Source of the DNA: a virus
IMG/VR virus record: IMGVR_UViG_3300030508_000019
Direction: 5' to 3' (one strand)
Length of the DNA: 29,639 nt
Shown here: piece after piece, positions 1 through 10,264 of the stretch
How positions within the stretch are numbered: position 1 is the stretch's first letter
How the letters are laid out: each line of letters opens with the position of its first letter
Position numbers and translations under genes: made by a program
Notes under the pieces: model-generated
The model's input: only the letters and a program-made list of their open reading frames with translations
The model's database searches: none
What the model was told of the DNA's origin: nothing

Positions 1-189
1 TGTAGGACTTATATTTTGTTTTCCTCCATAAACACTTTTAGGAGCCATTCGGTCGATCAATGACCTGAAGCTCCCCATCGAATATAATACCCTAAAATGG
101 GGAAAATTGTCAATATTTTATTTGAATGTCTTTATTTTCAACAACTTAATGTAGCTTGACTATTCATTTCTTTAAACGAGGATAAAATT

Positions 190-1326
190 GTGCCTGATGT
201 TTATAAAACTTTCTCGATAACCCAATCTGTTCCTGGCGGTCCGTCAAAAGAACAGCTAGTGGGGGTGGTAGTCACCAGTAGCGGCGTTGCAGATTCAGGT
301 AAAATCGTCTCTTTAAATGCGTTGGGAATTATTGACCCTACCCTCATTTCCCCCACGGGATCCATAGCATTTAATGGAATTCTCAGTGGGATAAACACCA
401 CAGCGAATCTAGTTGTAGGCTCTGGTGCTACTTTAGGCCCTACTGGCTCTGGTGTCATCAACGCCACAGAGATCAATGGCATACCAATTATTGGAATCCT
501 AACCCATGCTGGACAAATCCCCATTTCGCAACCAGGTAATGCAACGGCTGTTTGGGCTGATCCTTTAGTGCAGGGAATTCAAGCTGCGGGTACAAGTGCA
601 ACTACAGTTAATCCCGTTTTAGTCGCTGGAGTGGATGCTGCCGGGGCTATGCTTAATATCTCAGTGAATGGTGACGGCGATCTTATTGTATCTCAACCCG
701 CAGCGGCCGGTTTAAACGCCACAGTTGTTTTTCCCAGTGCTCAGCATGTAATCGTAGATTCAGGGGGTGGGGGAGGAACCCAATACACCGCTGGAGCATC
801 CGTAACCACACCTACAGGCACAGTAGCGATGGGGCAAAACGCTAGTAATGTACTGGAACCTTTATTTTTAGATACAAATAAAAATCTTTTTGTAATAGAA
901 TACAAAGATACAGGAAGGGTTTATTGCGTATGGTTTATTGATTCTATCGCTACCACTACATCCGAGACTTTGATTAATGTTGGTGCCAATCGCGCAGGAA
1001 CCGTTAGTTCTCCAGCTACTACTTATACTGTGACAACTGGGAAAACTTTACGAATACAGTCTTTTTGCGCGTCAATTCAAGAACCTAGTTCTGTTGTAGA
1101 ATATGTGAAATTGCGTATACGATCAGCGAGCACTGTAAATGCTTCTTCTCCGGTTGTTCTTGGATTGTTACTAAGTACTTCTGGTGTAACAAACAACGCG
1201 GGCTACGGAGAGATTAGTATTCCAGATGGTTTAGAGATTGCCGGGGGACAAGAAATTGGTATCAGTCAGTTGAGTGATACAACAACCGCAAATGTCACTT
1301 TTACTCTAATTGGATATGAATACTGA
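190..1326 (+). CDS. Gly/Thr/Ser-rich fiber-like structural protein (378 aa). GTG start, convergent with the minus-strand tail module
   Basis: Long ORF preceded by a GAGG Shine-Dalgarno 9 nt upstream of the GTG. Low-complexity G/T/S/A/V-rich beta-type composition typical of phage fibers. The stop lies 3 bp from the stop of the convergent fiber gene. Confidence 0.5.
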   Translation: MPDVYKTFSITQSVPGGPSKEQLVGVVVTSSGVADSGKIVSLNALGIIDPTLISPTGSIAFNGILSGINTTANLVVGSGATLGPTGSGVINATEINGIPIIGILTHAGQIPISQPGNATAVWADPLVQGIQAAGTSATTVNPVLVAGVDAAGAMLNISVNGDGDLIVSQPAAAGLNATVVFPSAQHVIVDSGGGGGTQYTAGASVTTPTGTVAMGQNASNVLEPLFLDTNKNLFVIEYKDTGRVYCVWFIDSIATTTSETLINVGANRAGTVSSPATTYTVTTGKTLRIQSFCASIQEPSSVVEYVKLRIRSASTVNASSPVVLGLLLSTSGVTNNAGYGEISIPDGLEIAGGQEIGISQLSDTTTANVTFTLIGYEY

Positions 1327-1329
1327 TTA

Positions 1330-4300
1330 CTATATATATATTGTTGGAATGTGCGGCTCGTAAAGTATAGTATCAGTCTGCGGTAATGTTAAAGTTCCAG
1401 GTATGGCCATTCCTATATACATTACCCACCCTACTTGAGTGATGAGAGTTGTATAGTCTTGAGTCAATACACCATTCAACCCCGCATAAACAGGTTGTCC
1501 AACAGTTAAAGTAAGACCTGGTATCTGCACCGATTCTCCGTAAATCGTATTAACACTTACCATACTCCCCGCAGCTGCGGAAGCGATTGTAATTCCATCA
1601 GGATTCGGAGATAAAATTGATCCGGAATCATCAATCGCTAAATACACATTCCCTGTGTCTGATGCTGGACCGTAACTCGCGTGAGTATATGAAATAAAGG
1701 TAGCTGTAAATGTATTTGTTGTAATTCCGGTAATAAGAGCGACTTGATTATTAACAAAGCTGGCTGCATCAAACCCAGAAAATACTATCAATTGCCCCAT
1801 AAAGAAATGATGTGTAGTATCTACAGTAATCATAACCACATTAGGGTTCGTGATTTGAATTAAAGAAACACCAGGAACAAATGGATCCACTGGTACTACA
1901 TTTCCATTTGGTTGAATAACTTGTACAACCGTAGCCGCGGGTACGGGACTGCTTACCCAAGTGGGTAAGGAATTAACCATAGTAAACATGGTGGTAGTAT
2001 CACTAGGAGTTACAGGAGGAGAACCGCTGCTAGTAGTTTGAGCTCCTGTTTGAACCAGGCTAAAAAAACTCTGGGGTATAACATTTTGGGGTACCCCATT
2101 ATCTTGATTGGCGATAACTTGCACCACATCTCCTTGAGCAAAACTACCCGCAAACGAAAATGGCAATGTTAAACTTGCATTGGCTGATGTCGTAGTTACA
2201 GATGTAGTAAATATTCCAACACCGTTTTGATTTATCGTAACATTATAAGTTCCGGCAACTGTCGCAACCCAATCCAATTGTCCATAACCAGCATAATCAC
2301 CTGCGGCTTGAATTGTAAAAGTAGTGGGATTAGTTACATTTCCCGTGTAATCGTAATCCCCCAAAGCTGAATTTGTACTGTCATCAAATAGAACAGGAAT
2401 ACTCGCCCCCGAGGGTACGGTTGTGGTATCATTCACAGCCGTCACATGAAACCCTATTTGTTGGGATTGTGCCAAGATACTTTGAGCATTTGCAATTTGT
2501 CCCGCAATTTCATTTTGGAAGTTGTTTTTGAAAGTTTGTAGGGCGGCGTAGCTTATGTTTGTACGTAGCATGGCCATCTGCACTGGAATAGGTTGTCCCT
2601 GTACATCGGGGCGTGCAAGAAAAGTATTAGGGTCAAAATCTATTGGAGGATTGATCCAACCCCCTGTAGATGGGGGAGAACCATTGTCAGTGTAGGATAC
2701 TATAGGTGCGATTGGGATACTCAGCAAGGGGGTTCCAGGCGTCCAGGATCGATTTCTACTCGAAGTGTCTACTTGTAGGGCGTTATATGCCGTAGCATCA
2801 GCTAGGGGGTTTAAGGCTCCGTTCAATGTACCAAAATATGTGATTACAAATTGAACAAGATAAGGATCTTGAGCCAGAAGAATTTTAAGATTGGTAGCAA
2901 AATCGCGCCAAAACTGGCTAAATCTATCGACTAAGGTTGCTTGTGCAAACTGATTGTAAGTGTACCGGTTCCCCAAACGAACTGATAGATATCCAACATC
3001 GTTTTGAATATTTATAGTTGCGGCTGCTATGACAGCGTTCAATTGCACTGTCATAGAACTAGGGAATGTAATAGGCGTAGGAAAATCTGCTACACCCTCT
3101 CCTAAAATCAAAGTGCTAGTTGTAGTTGAAATAGCCGTAGGTGTGTAATCCAAATCTGATCCAGTTACATTCGAAAGGTAATTGGCGTTTTGATAAGCAT
3201 CCCATGTTTGATTTCTGGTGTAACCTAATAAAGAAGCTTCGATATATGAAAGTTTCCACAGCAGCGTATTTCTATCTCCTAAACTTAAGCTGTTAAGGGT
3301 AGCGATCAGAGGTATGTTGTTTGGGGCGTTTTCATACACAGTATTTAGAGGAATAGGTGTCTGCCAGTATGTGGGATTCGTGTCTGGTTCATACCCTGTA
3401 TTGATTTGCAGAGCTATATACAAATTTCCATTGTAAGTTACCACGTCATTTACTTGGTATGCTACTGTAGTTCCCCAAATACTCATGTACTCTACACCAT
3501 TTCCACTGACATTATTGTAAGGCACAGGAGTGTTCTGCAAATAAGTGATGGACGGTTGAATGTATTGTTCGTACACGGATTCAAAATTTGGTAACCAATT
3601 GCCACCCCGCCCGATGTGCGTAGCATTGAGGTATAAAATCCACGCGCTGGTTATAAACGGATCATAATTATTGGCTACGATATTACCTAATGTGATGAAA
3701 TGAATTAGGTCTTTGCGCAACCCTGCTGCCCTAACTGTATAATTGGGGTTTGAGTAATCAGCATCTGTAGGTTCTACTGTATCCCCTCTCAACACCGGTG
3801 TAATGGATACAATGTTGTTCATGTAAGTAGCTGCGGGCATTAAATAATTATCAACAATAGTATGGGGGTCGGGTACCGCTCCATTCATTGATGTATTAGG
3901 ATTAAATGTAGGTCCATAAACTGGGGATGCCCCTGGTGCTGAGGATGAAGAACCCCCTAAAGGTGGAATATACTGCGCCGTACCGAGCATTAATCCACTA
4001 TTAGTCGTAACAGATATCGGAATATTATTCCCCAATGCCCCTGAATTAAATAATCCAGGAATAGACAACGAACATTGACTGAAAGAAAAATTGAAATTGA
4101 ATGATGGAGGCGTAGCAAACGCTTTAGCAAAATTAGCTAACGGAGCAAAATTAAAACCGTTCCAATTCCACATACCCTCAGGTAAAAGATTGGGGATTGA
4201 TGGACGAGCTGGCAGTCCCCAGTTACAAACATTGTTCAGCAAATTTGCTAAAGCATTTGAATTAGTCTGAACCATTTGCAGCATGCTTTGTTCAATAGAC

Positions 4301-4686
4301 AGAAGCATAGTAAGGTTCTGCTGAATTGCTTGAGCAAGTCCAGTAATTTCTTTTTCAAATTGGGCTACAGTTTTTAGGATACTGATAGAGTCCGCGATGT
4401 ATTTAACCGCACGAGGACCGTGTTGGAGCTGTCCGTCTACAGCTAAAGAATTCATATGGGTGTAGGTTTGAATGTACTTTAAGGCTTGTTGTTTTTTCTG
4501 AAGAATCCAGTTATTAGCGTCAGCTATACTTTTTTCTAGGAAACGACCTTGCTCCATGGCAGAGTGGTAGTATTGCTCAATCGTAGGATCCCCAAGAGGA
4601 TTTAAACGATTCACTTGTCCTTTGGCTTTGATCGGCCACAAAAGCGCGTTATTTTCTGCCTGTGTTAGTCCTGGTATGCTGCCCAT
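1330..4686 (-). CDS. Tail fiber or receptor-binding protein (1118 aa)
   Basis: The N-terminal 200 aa are helical (coiled-coil-like: LEKSIADANNWILQKKQQALKYIQ... LAQAIQQNLTMLLSIEQSMLQM). The remainder is N/T/S/G-rich and beta-type. It is the last gene of the minus-strand virion operon. Confidence 0.6.
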   Translation of the reverse strand: MGSIPGLTQAENNALLWPIKAKGQVNRLNPLGDPTIEQYYHSAMEQGRFLEKSIADANNWILQKKQQALKYIQTYTHMNSLAVDGQLQHGPRAVKYIADSISILKTVAQFEKEITGLAQAIQQNLTMLLSIEQSMLQMVQTNSNALANLLNNVCNWGLPARPSIPNLLPEGMWNWNGFNFAPLANFAKAFATPPSFNFNFSFSQCSLSIPGLFNSGALGNNIPISVTTNSGLMLGTAQYIPPLGGSSSSAPGASPVYGPTFNPNTSMNGAVPDPHTIVDNYLMPAATYMNNIVSITPVLRGDTVEPTDADYSNPNYTVRAAGLRKDLIHFITLGNIVANNYDPFITSAWILYLNATHIGRGGNWLPNFESVYEQYIQPSITYLQNTPVPYNNVSGNGVEYMSIWGTTVAYQVNDVVTYNGNLYIALQINTGYEPDTNPTYWQTPIPLNTVYENAPNNIPLIATLNSLSLGDRNTLLWKLSYIEASLLGYTRNQTWDAYQNANYLSNVTGSDLDYTPTAISTTTSTLILGEGVADFPTPITFPSSMTVQLNAVIAAATINIQNDVGYLSVRLGNRYTYNQFAQATLVDRFSQFWRDFATNLKILLAQDPYLVQFVITYFGTLNGALNPLADATAYNALQVDTSSRNRSWTPGTPLLSIPIAPIVSYTDNGSPPSTGGWINPPIDFDPNTFLARPDVQGQPIPVQMAMLRTNISYAALQTFKNNFQNEIAGQIANAQSILAQSQQIGFHVTAVNDTTTVPSGASIPVLFDDSTNSALGDYDYTGNVTNPTTFTIQAAGDYAGYGQLDWVATVAGTYNVTINQNGVGIFTTSVTTTSANASLTLPFSFAGSFAQGDVVQVIANQDNGVPQNVIPQSFFSLVQTGAQTTSSGSPPVTPSDTTTMFTMVNSLPTWVSSPVPAATVVQVIQPNGNVVPVDPFVPGVSLIQITNPNVVMITVDTTHHFFMGQLIVFSGFDAASFVNNQVALITGITTNTFTATFISYTHASYGPASDTGNVYLAIDDSGSILSPNPDGITIASAAAGSMVSVNTIYGESVQIPGLTLTVGQPVYAGLNGVLTQDYTTLITQVGWVMYIGMAIPGTLTLPQTDTILYEPHIPTIYI

Positions 4687-4773
4687 TTATATTCTCTCTG
4701 CCTTACGTTTAAGCACGCCGTATTCTGCTCGTCTTGAAAGAGTAGGCTGTCTCCACTATATCCCCTTATCTTT

Positions 4774-7158
4774 TCAAGAAATTTGATTTTCATTGCTGAC
4801 ATAAAGTCCATTATTATCCACAGAATTTGGAGCTTCTCTCTTATCGCTAACAAGAGAAGCACTAATCGCATTCATCTGTGTTTCAATACGATCTGTTTTT
4901 ACAATACTTCTCGCTGTTGTACATTCTGTAATTATATCTCCCCCACAGTTGTACTGAAGGTGCCCTTTATGAGAGATGTCAACATCACCAATAATATTTA
5001 ATCGCATGGCTTTTCCTTGTGCGTTAGGAAGTATAGTAATCTCAATCCCGCCGTCTAAGGCCGCGGTAATAGAACGCCCCTGATTGTCTTTTCCCAGTGC
5101 TGCAACTATTCCACCGGCTAAGTCTAAAAGCAACGATTGCCCAGAATCTGGATTTGAACCCAAACGCAATAAAGCATCTCGCACAGCATGCAAATCAAGA
5201 GATTGCCCATGAGCATCCATGTTGATTACTGGAGAACCACTCCATGCGTATGGGGGAAAAGGATTAAAGTCAGTTGTCCCCGAATTTGGCGGGGGTGTTC
5301 CTACTTGAGTAAGATCATGGAACCGATAAATATTATCCCCGGCTCCGTAGGTGGGACGACCCGGGCTCTTGGAGTCTATGCGACCATGGAAAGGTTCCCC
5401 ACAATCAGTACCTCCGCCATAAGGTCCTGTAGGAGATTCTGGATAAGCGGTTTTACCAGGACCATCGGAGTACCCATTAATCAAATGACGGCGTAAAGAT
5501 GCTGGATTCTTAGCCCCCAAGCGTAGTACAGCGCCTCCATCCGTAGCAGCGCGAAGAGATATATTCTCAGCACCCGTTTTCATAGTTAGGCTACCGGCGT
5601 CCCCTGGATTCAATTTGTGTTCGGTCCAGAACTGTAAAGTACGAGTCGCCGGAATATCTCCATTACTTCGAATTTGAGTCTGTACTGTGCGACGAGAATT
5701 CGGAAGAGATGCATCATCCGCCCCTAGACGAATTACAGATTGCCCTAAAATTTGAGCGTCCAAAGCATCTTCTTCATCTCTATTTTTACCGATAACAATT
5801 TTTGCACTACCTACAAGGTGCGCTTCTAAAGAACGGCCAGCACCGTGGGGGTGTTCATATCCACCTTGCCAATGCTTTAGAATATTTTCTTTAGGTAAAG
5901 TCGATCCGATTTCCAAGCTGATAAAACCCTCTTTCGTTACATCCAATCGCGTAGTGTTTTGGTCATAAGGGAATCGTATTGCTAGACAAGATGCTGCTAA
6001 ACGAGCTTCTTCATGATCCGCGGAATCCACAACTGGCAAATATCCTGATTCCACATCTGCTCCAAAACGCCCGCAGTAATTATAAGGGAATAGAACAGGC
6101 TTCAACACATGACCGTAAGTTGCCTGGTCAAAAATATTATATCCAACCAAGGTGCCTTGAGATTTTTCTACAATAAAAGCTCTACGTTGCGGGGTAGGTC
6201 CTTCATTAAGTGTTGGACCCACGGCTTTTGCTCTATCATCAAACGGATCATCCCAAGTCTGGGTAATCATGTAAGTTTCGTTATCGTAAGCTACTTGACC
6301 GCTGGGAGAGGTTACCTTAGTGCGTGCCCATGGGTCTGCGGTAGAACCTAATACGGTGTTAAACAAACTGGTCTGTAATACTTCATAAGGCATGGGATAA
6401 TCAAGAGAGAATTCCTGCGTCAATTCTGTGTGTTCAGCGAAAGGAATTACATCCTGCTTCCCGCTAACATATCGATCTGATGGTTGGGCTCCGGGTTGCA
6501 GGTAGGCTACATATTCCATTGTCCCATCTGGGAGAATCACAGGGATTAAATTTGATGCCAGAGGGCGATTCACTGACCCCTCAAAAGATACCCCAGCATC
6601 GGTATAGGAGACCCTACGGGCCGCTATCTGAGTCCATTGACGCTTATCCGCATCCGTTTTATCTCTGCTATAATCGGCTGCTTGTCTATCCCAGCCGGTA
6701 TCCACCTTTTCTGACGCCCCACCTGTATAAGCTGATGTTTTTTGCCCTGGGAACGCCTTTCGATATACACCTCTCAGACGGTCGCTATAACCTTGGATTC
6801 GGGTGCCGGATATTTGTCTAACCCCAACAGCATCTATCCCAAGATACCTATCCATATGAATCCAGCTAATTATCATCACCTGACGAAAACCTTTATCGTA
6901 AGCAAAATTACAAGCAATTCCCATAGAACCTTGTTCGGGCATTACCATATCGTATCCTTGTGATGAAGTGGACGCGGATGGAAATACTTGAACATTACCA
7001 TAAATAAGGCCATCTTTGACATCTTCTACTGTCATTACTTTACGCTCATAGTCAACAGTAAGAACTTCTACAATGAAAATATCGCGGTGGAGGCTTTCAT
7101 TTGTTCTTTCAAATGATGTAGGTGGATAAAAATCCGTATTTTTTCTTAGTAGCGGCAT
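4774..7158 (-). CDS. Virion baseplate or tail structural protein (794 aa)
   Basis: Large ORF inside a tightly packed structural operon. No catalytic motif recognised. Its position between the Ser/Thr-rich structural protein and the fiber suggests a baseplate component. Confidence 0.5.
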   Translation of the reverse strand: MPLLRKNTDFYPPTSFERTNESLHRDIFIVEVLTVDYERKVMTVEDVKDGLIYGNVQVFPSASTSSQGYDMVMPEQGSMGIACNFAYDKGFRQVMIISWIHMDRYLGIDAVGVRQISGTRIQGYSDRLRGVYRKAFPGQKTSAYTGGASEKVDTGWDRQAADYSRDKTDADKRQWTQIAARRVSYTDAGVSFEGSVNRPLASNLIPVILPDGTMEYVAYLQPGAQPSDRYVSGKQDVIPFAEHTELTQEFSLDYPMPYEVLQTSLFNTVLGSTADPWARTKVTSPSGQVAYDNETYMITQTWDDPFDDRAKAVGPTLNEGPTPQRRAFIVEKSQGTLVGYNIFDQATYGHVLKPVLFPYNYCGRFGADVESGYLPVVDSADHEEARLAASCLAIRFPYDQNTTRLDVTKEGFISLEIGSTLPKENILKHWQGGYEHPHGAGRSLEAHLVGSAKIVIGKNRDEEDALDAQILGQSVIRLGADDASLPNSRRTVQTQIRSNGDIPATRTLQFWTEHKLNPGDAGSLTMKTGAENISLRAATDGGAVLRLGAKNPASLRRHLINGYSDGPGKTAYPESPTGPYGGGTDCGEPFHGRIDSKSPGRPTYGAGDNIYRFHDLTQVGTPPPNSGTTDFNPFPPYAWSGSPVINMDAHGQSLDLHAVRDALLRLGSNPDSGQSLLLDLAGGIVAALGKDNQGRSITAALDGGIEITILPNAQGKAMRLNIIGDVDISHKGHLQYNCGGDIITECTTARSIVKTDRIETQMNAISASLVSDKREAPNSVDNNGLYVSNENQIS

Positions 7159-7159
7159 A

Positions 7160-10100
7160 TTATGGTGTTATATCTACTGGTAAATTACTCGTTGTAGTTT
7201 GCGCTGGACCCAAAGTTTGAGCTATAGTACTAGTTGAAGCTGTAACCTTAGTTGTAGTAAGTCCCCCAGCATTTGCGGATCCCCCTGGTAAGGTCAGTGT
7301 AGCAAATGACTGCTGTGCATTAGCCGCACTGTTTTGAGCAATTAATAATTGTTCTTGCACCGCTGGGATTGGAGCTACAGTCCCAGATACTAATACGCTA
7401 ACTAGCTGCTGTTCGGCCAATCCAGCGTTTTTAGCGCTAACTAAACTAGCGGCCAAGGCGTTTTCTGGTTGAGCTGCATTTAACAAATTACTATTAGAAC
7501 CTGGTTGACTGTAATCTAATACTATTACAGTAACATCTGGTTGTATGGTATTTGTCGAATTTCCCCCGGTATTCGGTGAATTTGGAGCTGATGCTGAAGC
7601 TGGTGAAACCGATGTAGGTGTAGTATTTGTACTTTGTTGGGTAGCCATGGCCGTGGATAACATAGTCGATGGGTCACTTGTAGCCGTTGGAGTACCTAAA
7701 CCAGCAAACAAAAAAGCCTCCGTACTTTGAAAAGTTGTCTCATCTTGTAAATCTTGCCCATTTAACCCGTTAGTCTGAGGAATATTAATCCACCCCTGTT
7801 CGGTTATTTCACTGATGATTGTGTTGAGATCTTTCCATCTCCCCCATGGAAATGGGGATATTAATTCATATCCTTTATCATCTGTGTAAGGAATAACAGA
7901 ATTTGGATTACCACAAATATCCTTTACATAATCTCCATCCGCTGGTCGGCCTGGATAATTTGGGTCTTTTGCTCTTCCATTAAAATACCCCGTATCATTT
8001 ACGATAACATAAGTAGATGTAGGAGTACTGGCTTTATTACCTACGGTTGTTGCTAAGGTAGTGGATAGATAAGAATACACTTTTATTTGTTGATCTGTTG
8101 GACCAAATTTTGTTCCGTCAATGTTTTTCGTAACAGCGGGTAAAGATTGAGATACATTTAGCTCACTTGTCATATTAGTGTTTGTATTTTGATTACCCCC
8201 AGCGGTTTGTTGAATATATTGATTGTAACTTTGGGGTTGCGCGGGATCAAACACCGTAGCTGCGACTGGATTATTTGTCCACATATAAATTAAATTAGGG
8301 GCTGTGGTATAAGCGGAAAATTTTGTGGCCGGTGAATTACTAACATTGCCCGTAGTAGATGTTTGAGCTGTCTTAACCAAAACTCTAGGTCGGACTGTAT
8401 CACATACTATGGACATTGTAGCTGACCCCCCAACCTGATAATTTATAGCTACAGATTTTATGTATGCGTACATATCTTTGTGGGGTATAAATACGGGGAA
8501 TCCCAATTTCAATTCAGGGCGCATGGGAATAGTAAACGAGTAAGTACGGTACCCTCTATTTGTCCTAGCTGTTTCTGCGGCAGCGTGAGCGAATAGAGTA
8601 TATTTGTCTCCCATTGTAAGCCAGGGTACTTGCTGCATGGGTTCTTCCCTAAGACCAAACTTTGCTAGTTTTGTGACATCAATATACTCCGCTACTGGCT
8701 TTGCGGGTGCCGGAAAATTGTTCCCCTGCCACGGCATAATATTTCCTGTTATAGTGGTGCGCGTGCGTCGAATGGCGCTTTGATCTTCTGTTTCCTGTTC
8801 TGTTAACATTTCTGATAAATAAACCACAAAAGGGTTATTTTGCGGGTAAATTTGAGTCAGAGGATTCGTCATACTATTGCTAGTAGATGGTGGATTAATG
8901 CTACTAGCAGACACTGAATTACTAGAGGTAGTTGTTGTTGGCGTCGAGCCTCCACTAAGTGCAGTAGATATAGATGATTGAACTAAACTGTCAAAATTTT
9001 GAGGGCTGGAACTAGTTTGTTTAGACCGAGTACCTAAGTTTGTGACATCCAGATTGTACAAAGGTGGTTTGATAATAATCTTACCATCAATATCTTGATA
9101 TGCTTCAAAATCCATCTTCTTAACTACTTCACGAATAAGATCCAATCTATTAACAATAACACTCTCAGTAAGCTGTAAACTAGCGGGAGTTCTAAAAGGT
9201 AAAAATTGTTGTATTTTTTTATAATAAGGGGAGTTATCAGTAATCGTTTCAGTAAAAGTTTTTACGGGATGAGATGTAACACTAGCATACTTCTTATCTT
9301 TGTCCATCTTCCCTTTATTTTCATCTTCTTGTAATTGATCTAATTGCCCTAAAGTATCTTTGTCTGGCCCATAAATATGTACATCTTTAATCATATTCAT
9401 CAAAATGGCTTGCCATTTCGCCATGTAACCTCTAGTAACAGCGGAATAAAACATATCACTTGGAGTTAAATAACCTCCATCTGTGCTCCTAACTGAACTA
9501 GCTTGAAATCCATCCGATTGAAAACCTGTTGTGAAAGCTTTTGCTAAGATAGTAAAACAATTATTATCTCCAAAAATACTTTGCTGCCAGGTTAACATAC
9601 TCCCTAAAGTTGCCGCTGCCATTGCAGATGGGTGAACATTAATTTGCATCTTTTCAAGTAAGTGCATTGACCCTTGACATTGAATTGATATCTCCAGAGT
9701 TTTTCCATTATCGTTATAACTTATGTGAGATGTAATTCCCTTGAAAACCCGGCGATATACTGTATCTCCGTTTGATGCTAAGTAATATCCTTTAGCATAT
9801 ACTTGTACCTGCATCATAGTTTCTAAAAGATTGTTACCACCAGGCATTTTATACAAGTACCTTAAAAAATTTGGAACCTGCAAACCGATAGTGGCGTTGG
9901 GTACCATTATATCTGTATCATAAGAAGCGTTGAATGCTGTGACATGGTCATTAAAATTCACTAAAGTACTACTAGCTTTGGTTTTTGGATCGTCGATAAA
10001 GTAATTTGTCAAATAGGGGGTTCCCTCTAAATACACAATAACATCGGGAGCGGTCTTGATTATTTCTCTTTCTTGACAACTTTGGGACAAATTTCTAATA

Positions 10101-10264
10101 GTAGTAGCCGGAGTTTGGGATGGAACTGTACCCGTAACTCCTGTAGGTGATGTATTGGAGATAGGTAGTTGATTCGGGAGTGTAGAATTCTGCGTTTCTA
10201 CTGTTGCACCTGTACCTGTAACGGTAACTGCGTTATTCGGATCAAATGGAACTGGAATAGCCAT
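7160..10264 (-). CDS. Large virion structural protein (1034 aa) with Ser/Thr/Pro-rich linker segments. It has a C-terminal 40-aa module shared with the 484-aa lysin-domain protein
   Basis: Low-complexity linkers (SSSPQNFDSLVQSSISTALSGGSTPTTTTSSNSVSASSINPPSTSNS; TPTATSDPSTMLSTAMATQQSTNTTPTSVSPASASAPNSPNTGGNST). The C-terminus ...LTLPGGSANAGGLTTTKVTASTSTIAQTLGPAQTTTSNLPVDITP is near-identical to the C-terminus of ORF 11431..12885. Confidence 0.6.
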   Translation of the reverse strand: MAIPVPFDPNNAVTVTGTGATVETQNSTLPNQLPISNTSPTGVTGTVPSQTPATTIRNLSQSCQEREIIKTAPDVIVYLEGTPYLTNYFIDDPKTKASSTLVNFNDHVTAFNASYDTDIMVPNATIGLQVPNFLRYLYKMPGGNNLLETMMQVQVYAKGYYLASNGDTVYRRVFKGITSHISYNDNGKTLEISIQCQGSMHLLEKMQINVHPSAMAAATLGSMLTWQQSIFGDNNCFTILAKAFTTGFQSDGFQASSVRSTDGGYLTPSDMFYSAVTRGYMAKWQAILMNMIKDVHIYGPDKDTLGQLDQLQEDENKGKMDKDKKYASVTSHPVKTFTETITDNSPYYKKIQQFLPFRTPASLQLTESVIVNRLDLIREVVKKMDFEAYQDIDGKIIIKPPLYNLDVTNLGTRSKQTSSSPQNFDSLVQSSISTALSGGSTPTTTTSSNSVSASSINPPSTSNSMTNPLTQIYPQNNPFVVYLSEMLTEQETEDQSAIRRTRTTITGNIMPWQGNNFPAPAKPVAEYIDVTKLAKFGLREEPMQQVPWLTMGDKYTLFAHAAAETARTNRGYRTYSFTIPMRPELKLGFPVFIPHKDMYAYIKSVAINYQVGGSATMSIVCDTVRPRVLVKTAQTSTTGNVSNSPATKFSAYTTAPNLIYMWTNNPVAATVFDPAQPQSYNQYIQQTAGGNQNTNTNMTSELNVSQSLPAVTKNIDGTKFGPTDQQIKVYSYLSTTLATTVGNKASTPTSTYVIVNDTGYFNGRAKDPNYPGRPADGDYVKDICGNPNSVIPYTDDKGYELISPFPWGRWKDLNTIISEITEQGWINIPQTNGLNGQDLQDETTFQSTEAFLFAGLGTPTATSDPSTMLSTAMATQQSTNTTPTSVSPASASAPNSPNTGGNSTNTIQPDVTVIVLDYSQPGSNSNLLNAAQPENALAASLVSAKNAGLAEQQLVSVLVSGTVAPIPAVQEQLLIAQNSAANAQQSFATLTLPGGSANAGGLTTTKVTASTSTIAQTLGPAQTTTSNLPVDITP

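Noticed and set aside
156-188. Sigma-70-like promoter (TTGACT ... TAAAAT) upstream of the gene at 190
   Set aside because: The spacer is about 21 bp and the -10 would abut the start codon. This is not convincing.
201-524. ORF 201..524 (-), 107 aa
   Set aside because: It is fully antisense inside the 190..1326 gene and has no independent support.
1331-1340. (TA)5 stretch at the convergent gene junction as a regulatory element
   Set aside because: The stretch is short, overlaps a stop codon and sits in AT-rich DNA, so it is likely chance.
1330-4686. A diversity-generating retroelement targeting the fiber gene
   Set aside because: No reverse transcriptase (no YxDD motif) was found in any ORF of the window, and no template/variable repeat pair was seen near the fiber 3' end.
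2593-6963. Numerous 60-113 aa ORFs on the opposite strand inside the long minus-strand structural genes (for example 2593..2778, 3406..3594, 5188..5496, 6480..6821, 6742..6963)
   Set aside because: They are fully embedded antisense to long, tightly packed genes, have no SDs and have unusual composition. They are random open frames.
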